15,462 nucleotides of DNA from Thermodesulfovibrionales bacterium. GTDB lineage: Bacteria; Nitrospirota; Thermodesulfovibrionia; Thermodesulfovibrionales; UBA6898. The position numbers and the translations under genes were made by a program. The notes below the pieces were generated by a model, which worked only from the letters and a program-made list of their open reading frames with translations, was not told the DNA's origin and did no database searches. Location: positions 1 to 15,462 of the forward strand of contig JBIOIY010000062.1 in the NCBI GenBank assembly GCA_044450345.1, given 5' to 3'. Below are positions 8,823 through 15,360 of the stretch, piece after piece. Position 1 is the stretch's first letter. Each line of letters opens with the position of its first letter.

Positions 8823-10025
8823 ATGGGAAAGATACTCGAGTCCCTGTCGCCTGCCTACGGAGGGTATTCTATTGCAAGGGACGAAAAGGTGATATTGATC
8901 AAGGGCGCCATCCCCGGCGAGGTCGTGGACGTTGAGATACAGGAAAAGAAAAGGGACTATTCTGTCGGCTTTGTGGTGGGCGTGGTTGAGCCGTCCGCGG
9001 ACAGGGTCGAACCCCCCTGCCCGGTCTTCGGCAGGTGCGGAGGATGCCAGTTGCAGTACATGCGGTATGAAAGGCAGGTAACGACGAAGGACGAGGTCCT
9101 TCGAGACACTCTCGCGAGGCTCGGCAAGATAGAGACGGACCTGGGGGCTCCGCTTTCGGGAGCGAACTGGCGTTACAGGAGAAAGGCCCAGTTCAAGGTC
9201 TCGAAGACCGGTGAGGTCGGTTTTTTCAGGGAATCTTCAAGGGATGTAATCACCTTTGACGAATGTCCGTTGATGAATGACGATATCAACGTGCTCCTGG
9301 GGAGGATCAAGGAGAAGTGCCCTGTCCGTAACCTGAGCGATATTCATGTGGCGGCTGGAGATACGCCGGTTGCCCTCCTGAAGGGAAAGGGTTATGACAT
9401 GGCGTCTTTTGAGGATTTTGTCGAGGTCGGTCTTTCCGGGATCGCATATAACGATTCGATCGCCTATGGCGGGGCCTACACGGGATTTGATTTGAACGGC
9501 CTGAGATATACTGTTTCTCCCTGGTCTTTTTTCCAGGCCCACTGGGAACTCAATAGAAAGGTGGTTGAGTTTATGGTAGACAGGATGGGGCCGCTGGAAG
9601 GAAAGCATGTTCTTGACCTGTATGCAGGGGCCTGCAATTTTTCACTGCCCTGCGCTGCGCACGGGGCGGAGGCGGTCGCCGTGGAGGAGAGTCCTTATGC
9701 GGTGGAAGACGGCAGGAGGAACCTCGAATTAAACGGGATAAAGAATTGTAAAATTGTTAAGTCCTCTTCCGAAAAATACCGCATACACAAGAAATTCGAC
9801 GTAATCATCCTCGACCCTCCGAGGCCGGGACTTACCTCAGAGGTGGTAAAGAAGATTATGGATAACCCTTCCGGAGCTATCGTGTACGTGTCCTGCAACC
9901 CGGCGACGCTCGCCAGGGACCTCAAAAAGTTGAAGGAAAAATACGATGTTCAGTCGGTCCATCAGATAGATTTTTTCCCCAATACCTTCCATATCGAATC
10001 CGTATCGTTCCTTAGCCTCAGGTAG
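8823..10025 (+). CDS. rlmD: 23S rRNA (uracil-5)-methyltransferase, RlmD/TrmA family
   Basis: N-terminal TRAM-like region, Fe-S motif CPVFGRCGGCQLQ, SFFQ, VLDLYAG, ILDPPRPG, YVSCNPATLARDL and DFFPNTFHIE. Confidence 0.88.
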   Translation: MGKILESLSPAYGGYSIARDEKVILIKGAIPGEVVDVEIQEKKRDYSVGFVVGVVEPSADRVEPPCPVFGRCGGCQLQYMRYERQVTTKDEVLRDTLARLGKIETDLGAPLSGANWRYRRKAQFKVSKTGEVGFFRESSRDVITFDECPLMNDDINVLLGRIKEKCPVRNLSDIHVAAGDTPVALLKGKGYDMASFEDFVEVGLSGIAYNDSIAYGGAYTGFDLNGLRYTVSPWSFFQAHWELNRKVVEFMVDRMGPLEGKHVLDLYAGACNFSLPCAAHGAEAVAVEESPYAVEDGRRNLELNGIKNCKIVKSSSEKYRIHKKFDVIILDPPRPGLTSEVVKKIMDNPSGAIVYVSCNPATLARDLKKLKEKYDVQSVHQIDFFPNTFHIESVSFLSLR

Positions 10026-10096
10026 GGCCTCCTGCGATGCATCATCCGGCGCATGCAGCTGCGCCGCGGAAGTACAGATGAATGCACGGGAAATAT

Positions 10097-10136
10097 AGTA
10101 TTTTCAGTATCCACCGCGTGAAAATACTGCTATACT
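10097..10136 (+). promoter_or_regulatory. Perfect 10-bp inverted repeat operator abutting an extended -10
   Basis: AGTATTTTCA(10097-10106)-N12-TGAAAATACT(10119-10128), then TGCTATACT (10128-10136); SD GGGAGG at 10154-10159. Confidence 0.55.
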
Positions 10137-10167
10137 ACTGTCTAAAGACTAGCGGGAGGTTTTCCTA

Positions 10168-10908
10168 ATGGATGATACAATGGATTCGGCGGCAGGATGC
10201 GCATCCACCCTCCACGGGCAGTGCAGCGAAAGCGTTGTGTTGCATAAAATGGGATGCGTCGGAGCGTTGTGCGATCAAGATAAGGAAATGATGTTGGAGT
10301 TCAGCAGGGTCTGCGTAAGACGCCTCGGTCGGCACCTTCCTCTAAAGCTCTTTCTCTCGCTCTTTCAGCATGTCCTCGATGCCAATGTCTTAAAGGAGAT
10401 AGAGAAGGACCGCTTGGTCATAGAACACGCCGCAGAGGGATTTGAAAAGGGCATGGACAGGGCTGCCGTGGACGTGGACGAACTTTTCGAGAAGACGAGA
10501 GGGATCGATGATGAGTTCATAATAAAATTGTCGACCCCCATTTTATCAATAGAGGTAAGGTATGAGGACTTTGCGGAGATACGAAAAAAGAGGATCGTCT
10601 CTTTCGTCGACATGGTTTTCGATGTAATGGGTAAATGGCAGGATGTGCTGTCTTTTGCAGACAATGTGAAGAACACGTATGAGGAGAAAAACTACAGGGA
10701 ATTTCTCCGGGAGGTCCTTCATCTGTATAATATCGAAACGAGGATGCTGAGTCACTCCTTCACTTTCTCCGGCCCGGCCGGCAAGGTAAAGGACCTTTTT
10801 GCGAAGAAGCTTTTTGCCACCATGGAAAAGACGGCCGAAGACATTGCTGCCGGATATACCCGAAAGGTGTACGATGGCAAGGGCCGTCCATTCGCAACCC
10901 CGGGCTGA
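10168..10908 (+). CDS. Hypothetical, probably helical protein with Cys-rich N-terminus
   Basis: 246-aa ORF with strong SD and upstream promoter; 8 bp gap to the radical SAM gene; no recognised catalytic motif. Confidence 0.8.
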   Translation: MDDTMDSAAGCASTLHGQCSESVVLHKMGCVGALCDQDKEMMLEFSRVCVRRLGRHLPLKLFLSLFQHVLDANVLKEIEKDRLVIEHAAEGFEKGMDRAAVDVDELFEKTRGIDDEFIIKLSTPILSIEVRYEDFAEIRKKRIVSFVDMVFDVMGKWQDVLSFADNVKNTYEEKNYREFLREVLHLYNIETRMLSHSFTFSGPAGKVKDLFAKKLFATMEKTAEDIAAGYTRKVYDGKGRPFATPG

Positions 10909-10916
10909 CAACCAAG

Positions 10917-11804
10917 ATGAAGATCTACAAGAAAGCACGGCTCCTCTACACCTGGGCATTCACCAGCACAAAGACCACGGCAGCCGTCGATATCACGAAC
11001 AGCTGCAACCTCAAATGCACCCATTGCTATTGGTGGAAAGAGGAGCGCCCGTCAGAACTCGATGATGATGCCATGGTGGCCTTCATGAAGGGACTGCGCA
11101 GCAGGGGAATGACCGCGGCGATCATTTACGGCGGAGAGCCCATGCTGCGGCCCGGGATGTGTGAGGCCGCCTCCAGGATTTTTGACCATCCCCTAATTTT
11201 CACCAACGGCACGCAGGGCTTTGCGGCATATGACGCTCAGTGGATCCTGTCCCTCGACGGGACAAGGGAGGTCCACGACAGCATAAGGGGGAACGGCGCC
11301 TACGACTGCTCCGTGGAAAACCTTAAGAAGGCCCCGCGCAAACCCGTCGTCCACACGACGATCACCAGGCAGAACCAGCACAACCTCGAAGAGTTCCTTG
11401 ATGAGCTGAGCGGCTTGCCCGTCAAGGGGGTGGGGTTCAGTTTCTACACGCCCCATAGGACGAGGGACGAAAGCGGCCTTATCATCCCGGTTGCCGAGCG
11501 GGACATCGTCCTGGACGAGCTTTTGAGGCTGAGGAAGAAATACTGGAGGATAATGGGCCTGACTGAGTCTATGGCAAACCAGTTCAGACAGGCCGGCGAA
11601 TTCTCCGAATGGAACAGCATCGAAAAATGCCCGGCTCACAAGGTCTGCAACTGCTACAATTCGGATGGAACGCCCAAGTTGTGCACCTACGGAAATGAAG
11701 CGGACTGCAGCCGTTGCGGCTGTGCGAGCATCGCCGTGTACCGTGCTGCAATCAACCATCTCGACCCCCTTGCCATCTTCATGATTCACCGCATGCTTAA
11801 CTGA
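10917..11804 (+). CDS. Radical SAM protein with Cys-rich C-terminal (twitch/SPASM-like) extension
   Basis: DITNSCNLKCTHCY (CxxxCxxC), YGGEPMLRP, FTNGT, SLDG...HDSIRG.GAYD, and C-terminal CPAHKVCNC...CTYGNEADCSRCGC. Confidence 0.92.
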   Translation: MKIYKKARLLYTWAFTSTKTTAAVDITNSCNLKCTHCYWWKEERPSELDDDAMVAFMKGLRSRGMTAAIIYGGEPMLRPGMCEAASRIFDHPLIFTNGTQGFAAYDAQWILSLDGTREVHDSIRGNGAYDCSVENLKKAPRKPVVHTTITRQNQHNLEEFLDELSGLPVKGVGFSFYTPHRTRDESGLIIPVAERDIVLDELLRLRKKYWRIMGLTESMANQFRQAGEFSEWNSIEKCPAHKVCNCYNSDGTPKLCTYGNEADCSRCGCASIAVYRAAINHLDPLAIFMIHRMLN

Positions 11805-11810
11805 TCTAAC

Positions 11811-11931
11811 CGTGGATGCGGGGGGCTAAACTTTCGCTCATTCTCGCTCCGCTCCGAGGCAATTTCCCGCCCGCTTTCGGCGGGCAATACGGGAAATTGA
11901 AGCCGCTCAAGGTCAGCCCCCCGCATCTGTG
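11811..11931. repeat. Nested palindromic intergenic element (REP/MITE-like, possible bidirectional terminator)
   Basis: GATGCGGGGGGCT(11815-27)/AGCCCCCCGCATC(11915-27) is a perfect 13 bp. Inner CAATTTCCCG(11860-69)/CGGGAAATTG(11890-99) is a perfect 10 bp. Innermost CCCGC/GCGGG. It sits between convergent genes. Confidence 0.75.
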
Positions 11932-11964
11932 TATCAACTGGAGAAAGTTTATGGATAATGCTGG

Positions 11965-12801
11965 CTAGAAGCGGAATCCCATTCCTGCCCCGAAATAATG
12001 GGTGTAACCGCCCAGGTCTCCGGTGAGCCGTATGCCCCCCTCCAAATCGATCTCCCAAGAGGGCGCGAGCAGGTATTGGACGCCGCTGTCTGCGTTGTAG
12101 CCGGCGCCTTTACCTGGGCCGGTGCTGCTCTGACCGAAAATTTCACCATAGAACTGAAGACGCGTTGTAGGCTGCCAGGTAGCAACCAGATTGGAAATAA
12201 AACTGATAAAGCGTTCGCCCCCCGAAGCGGACGGATCGGTCTGCGAACTCACGCCGAGTTGAAGGGAGAGCCCTATCTGCTCAGTGAGAGAATATGCGGC
12301 TATCCCGTTAAAGGCCGCGCCGAGGCCGCGGCTTCCAAATGCCCGGCTGCCTGAAGGCAGCGTAAAGAGGGCTTCAACAGCGCCCTGCCAGGCGCTGCTA
12401 TAACCCAGCGAATGCTTAATGCCGATCGTGGCTGCAGACCATCCGTTAATCTCCGGGTCCGCCGATCTCTGAGTTGTATAATTGGGGACGATAAGTACGA
12501 ACTCGTTCCTGCCGGGAAGCCCGGTGCGTAACGCAGCCTGAGGATAATTGTCTGCCGTGCCTCCACCGGGCCCTCTCAAGGTGGAGTGCTGGAAACCCAT
12601 TTCGAGCTCCACCTTGCCCGAAGGCACCACGCATGCGCTGTCCGAGACGGTCGGCCGGTCCAGGACTGCAAGGAAGGCCGATGGGCCCGAGCAGGGATCG
12701 GAGACAACAGACTCCTGCTCACCGGCATGGGCCAGCCCCCAGGCTGCAAGCATGATTGCGATGACCATAGAAACTTGTACCACATGACGCACGATTCGCA
12801 T
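11965..12801 (-). CDS. Outer-membrane beta-barrel 'transporter' (Phenol_MetA_deg-like family)
   Basis: Signal peptide ending AHA, N-terminal DRPTVSDSACVVPSGKVELEMG motif, alternating amphipathic strands, and C-terminal aromatic ending GMGFRF. Confidence 0.8.
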   Translation of the reverse strand: MRIVRHVVQVSMVIAIMLAAWGLAHAGEQESVVSDPCSGPSAFLAVLDRPTVSDSACVVPSGKVELEMGFQHSTLRGPGGGTADNYPQAALRTGLPGRNEFVLIVPNYTTQRSADPEINGWSAATIGIKHSLGYSSAWQGAVEALFTLPSGSRAFGSRGLGAAFNGIAAYSLTEQIGLSLQLGVSSQTDPSASGGERFISFISNLVATWQPTTRLQFYGEIFGQSSTGPGKGAGYNADSGVQYLLAPSWEIDLEGGIRLTGDLGGYTHYFGAGMGFRF

Positions 12802-12855
12802 GTTTCAGCATCGCATACCAAGGGGCTGGAATCAAGCGCCTTCGTCGTCGATAAC

Positions 12856-12885
12856 TTGACAGAATGGCTGTTTTTGGGGTTTAAT
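12856..12885 (+). promoter_or_regulatory. Sigma70 promoter of tRNA-Val
   Basis: TTGACA(12856-61)-N18-TTTAAT(12880-85), about 25 nt upstream of the tRNA. Confidence 0.6.
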
Positions 12886-12909
12886 GAATATCTCCAAGTT
12901 CGGTTCAAC

Positions 12910-12984
12910 AGGCTCGTAGCTCAGGGGGAGAGCGCTACCTTGACACGGTAGAGGTCCCCGGTTCGAAACCGGGCGGGCCTACCA
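12910..12984 (+). tRNA. tRNA-Val (anticodon GAC), CCA encoded
   Basis: Cloverleaf: acceptor AGGCTCG/CGGGCCT, D stem GCTC/GAGC, anticodon stem CTACC-TTGACAC-GGTAG, T arm CCCGG-TTCGAAA-CCGGG, discriminator A plus CCA. Confidence 0.97.
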
Positions 12985-12992
12985 TTAAAAAC

Positions 12993-13026
12993 AAGAGGTT
13001 AGCCATTTACGGCGGCCTCTTTTTTT
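12993..13026 (+). terminator. Intrinsic terminator for tRNA-Val overlapping the integrase 3' end
   Basis: AAGAGGTT-A-GCC-ATTTAC-GGC-GGCCTCTT hairpin followed by a T run (13020-13026). Confidence 0.65.
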
Positions 13027-14189
13027 ATTGCACTGTATAGTTTTTGTATAGTAGACTTTTCATTCAAGGCGCTATCCAGAATATCGACCGCTTTGACCTT
13101 GTGGCTTGGCGCGAGGTGGGCATATCTGAGGGTCATTGTAAGGGTCTTATGTCCTAACAGTTCTTTTACTGTGGTAATATCAACCCCAGCCATTATCAAA
13201 TGACTTGCAAAAGTATGTCTCAGATCATGAAAGTGAAAATCCTGTATGCCTTTGATAACTGCAAGCTTTACACCACAGGCTGGACAGTGTCCTTCCTCTT
13301 CTTTTGACTTGAGTCTTGTCCTTTGGAAGGTGCAATCAGGACACTTCAATGTATCAACTTTTTTTAACGCTGTAGCAAAGGATTTTTTTACATCCTGAAA
13401 TGCTTTTCCTGTGACCTTGTCAAAAAAGAGATAGGGGACGTCTAGTCGCCGCGTTAAACCTTGCAGAGCGCCTCTCAGTGTGTCATTGATAGGGATTTCC
13501 CGGCGCTCTCCGTTCTTCGTCATCTGATTTTCTAACAAGATAAATCCCTGTCTCAGGTCAACGTTATCCCACTTGAGTTTTAATATCTCCCCGCGTCGCA
13601 TGCCGGTATTGAGCGCGGTAATTACAATTGGTTTAAGGTGCGTATCACATGCGTTAACAAGCACTTGGCATTCATCTTTAGACAGATATCTTAGACGCTT
13701 GCTGTCATCCGGCAATAGCTTTACCTTGCGGATTCTTTTCAACGTCTCGGATTCGACCATCTCCCATTCGACCGCCTTGGCGAACATATGCTTCAAGACA
13801 TTCATGACCTTATTACATGAGGAATTTTTAAGGCTCCTGTTTATAAGGTCTGTCTGAAGTTGTTCGACGATAAGTGTATTGAATCTTCTGAGCGGTAGAC
13901 TGCCGAAGGTGCTTACAAGTTGACCGATGATATACCCTTTAATCTTTGCCGATTTCTGACGGCCATAGATCCATAACAGATACTTTTCTGAAAGCTCCTT
14001 GAAGCCGTGATTTTCTATCTTCTTGATCTCCGGCTGCTTGCCTTCTTTGATAGCGTTCTTTCTCTTGATAAGAAGGTTTTCGGCTTCTCTAAATTTCTCG
14101 GCACCGGAGGATTCAAAAATAATTCTTCCGTCAAGTCCGGCATAGCGTATCCAGAAAACATTACCACGCTTATAAATGCCTTTTGCCAT
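12999..14189 (-). CDS. int: Phage-type tyrosine recombinase/integrase (~396 aa)
   Basis: Likely start MAKGIYKRGNVFWIRY (ATG 14189, SD AAGGAG upstream). Catalytic R (TGMRRGE), K (TKNGE), HDLRH, LGH and Y (RYAH) are all intact. Confidence 0.95.
   Translation of the reverse strand: MAKGIYKRGNVFWIRYAGLDGRIIFESSGAEKFREAENLLIKRKNAIKEGKQPEIKKIENHGFKELSEKYLLWIYGRQKSAKIKGYIIGQLVSTFGSLPLRRFNTLIVEQLQTDLINRSLKNSSCNKVMNVLKHMFAKAVEWEMVESETLKRIRKVKLLPDDSKRLRYLSKDECQVLVNACDTHLKPIVITALNTGMRRGEILKLKWDNVDLRQGFILLENQMTKNGERREIPINDTLRGALQGLTRRLDVPYLFFDKVTGKAFQDVKKSFATALKKVDTLKCPDCTFQRTRLKSKEEEGHCPACGVKLAVIKGIQDFHFHDLRHTFASHLIMAGVDITTVKELLGHKTLTMTLRYAHLAPSHKVKAVDILDSALNEKSTIQKLYSAIKKEAAVNG
13034..13052. repeat. 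Tandem TGTATAGT x2 (ACTATACA on minus); putative integrase arm-type sites
   Basis: Copies at 13034-41 and 13045-52, 50-70 bp from the tRNA 3' end; the same octamer pair recurs inverted at 14444-14463. Confidence 0.6.
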
Positions 14190-14396
14190 GCTTCCATTTC
14201 TCCTTTCCTTTTTCGTTTTCGTTAACTTCCCTTTCAATTCTAAAAACAGTTTTAGCGTCTTGCTCGGCTTTTTCACCCCCTTTTCCAGGTAGATCACATA
14301 TTCTCTTGTTACACCTAACCGCACGGCCATTTCCCTTTGATAAAGGTTAGCTTTTTCCTAAGAGCCTGAAATGTCTACCTGTGTCCATTCTTTCAT
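14170..14396 (-). pseudogene. Frameshifted XRE-family HTH regulator upstream of int
   Basis: ATG 14396 reads MKEWTQVDISGS*; shifting frame restores DIQALRKK(L)NLYQREMAVRLGVTREYVIYLEKGVKKPS (XRE HTH). An alternative C-terminus IEREVNENEKGKEKWKHGKRHL* ends at 14170. Confidence 0.65.
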
Positions 14397-14402
14397 AGGG
14401 AG

Positions 14403-14430
14403 ATTATAAGTAAACTCAGATACTTGTCAA
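14403..14430 (-). promoter_or_regulatory. Consensus sigma70 promoter for the HTH-int transcript (leaderless)
   Basis: TTGACA(14430-25)-N16-TATAAT(14408-03), then 6 nt, then ATG 14396 with no SD. Palindrome AAGTA-N8-TACTT (14408-14425) spans the spacer. Confidence 0.75.
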
Positions 14431-14443
14431 GCTGATAATATCA

Positions 14444-14463
14444 ACTATACAATCCACTATACA
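14444..14463 (+). repeat. Tandem ACTATACA x2; second set of arm-like repeats
   Basis: Copies at 14444-51 and 14456-63, immediately upstream of the -35 of the HTH-int promoter. Confidence 0.6.
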
Positions 14464-14537
14464 ACCCATTGCGGAGCCTTTATTATCAAGCTTTGACAGT
14501 CAAGGGACTTCCTTTATTAGGAAGTTTCCGCACAGTC

Positions 14538-14855
14538 CTACTTCAAAGCATTCAAAACTTTTTTTGGGATTCCTGTGAGTGCCGGGACGCTGTAAGAAGA
14601 GAGCCATTTATCTATATCCCTTTTACTAAATCGCAATTGCCCGTCAATCTTGAGGTGCGGTATTTCTTTTAGGTGTGTTCTTTCATATATCCATTGCTTA
14701 GAAACTCCCAGATAATTCTTCAGGCCATCAATATCAAAGATTGAATTTGAATTCTCTCCATAATTCTTGTCATTACTCGCAATCAGAGGTATCAACATCT
14801 CCATTACTGCCGATGCTATGGCTTGTATGTCTTCCTGTTCAAGAGAGGTCTTCAA
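14538..14855 (-). CDS. Excisionase-like helix-turn-helix DNA-binding protein (HTH_17 type)
   Basis: TTG start. FDIDGLKNYLGVSKQWIYERTHLKEIPHLKIDGQLRFSKRDIDKWL is a typical Xis/MerR-like winged HTH; adjacent to the integrase. Confidence 0.85.
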   Translation of the reverse strand: MKTSLEQEDIQAIASAVMEMLIPLIASNDKNYGENSNSIFDIDGLKNYLGVSKQWIYERTHLKEIPHLKIDGQLRFSKRDIDKWLSSYSVPALTGIPKKVLNALK

Positions 14856-15157
14856 GTCTTATCTCTTTTCAGCATCTGTTTAATCCCCCTGGCCCCCCAC
14901 GCAGCCTTTGGCACTGTGAGAATAGGAGCCACGGACATTCGTAGCCAAATCTCGAACTCATTTTTTCTCAGCCTGTCCCGTATGCTTTTCTCCTGCAATG
15001 AGGTTAACAAAGGGAGCTACCAGTCGAAGGGATCCCATCATGGAGAGGAAACTCCTTCATGGATAGACTCTGAGAAATATTATTTTCAAAGCGGGGGATG
15101 AAAGCGGGGTAGGGAGACCATTAATGCCGGGTATGATTAGATCGGCAGTTGTATTTT

Positions 15158-15291
15158 TCGCCTAATGTTATCATTAATGTAGTTGCGCCTCAAGGAAAAA
15201 ATGCCCGCTGTCGGATCACGGGAATCAGACAGACGGGGATGAGAGTCCTTCAATGAGCAGGCATTTCAGGGCGCTACGTAACATTTGGCGA
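15158..15291. other. Long imperfect inverted-repeat structure (candidate ncRNA, MITE or origin)
   Basis: TCGCCTAATGTTA(15158-70)/TAACATTTGGCGA(15279-91) pair at 12/13, plus several inner stems. Confidence 0.5.
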
Positions 15292-15360
15292 TTTCGTCCG
15301 TCAGAGGCAGCCAAACTTGACTAGAAAGAGTTATTGTTAAGAAAAGGCATTTTATATATA

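Noticed and set aside
10038..10086. Hairpin CGGCGCA/TGCGCCG after rlmD as an intrinsic terminator
   Set aside because: A 7-bp stem is present but there is no U-tract, so it cannot be called.
11804..11950. Integron attC site (ATCTAAC follows the radical SAM stop)
   Set aside because: No complementary GTTRRRY R' box at the far end of the palindrome, no cassette array, and the integrase is phage-type rather than IntI.
1825..12951. Many antisense or alternate-frame ORFs of 60-250 aa (e.g. 7097..7855, 7753..8454, 6436..7086, 11193..11789, 12586..12951)
   Set aside because: They overlap well-supported genes or the tRNA, lack recognisable motifs, and are expected in GC-rich coding DNA.
14741..15101. 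ORFs 14741..14944 and 14823..15101 (+) as real genes
   Set aside because: They overlap the xis-like gene on the opposite strand and lack an SD or convincing domain; at most a remnant.
15158..15320. Retron msr-msd, hammerhead ribozyme or c-di-GMP riboswitch
   Set aside because: The adjacent gene is a receiver domain, not a reverse transcriptase. There is no CUGANGA/GAAA core with proper stems and no GEMM consensus.
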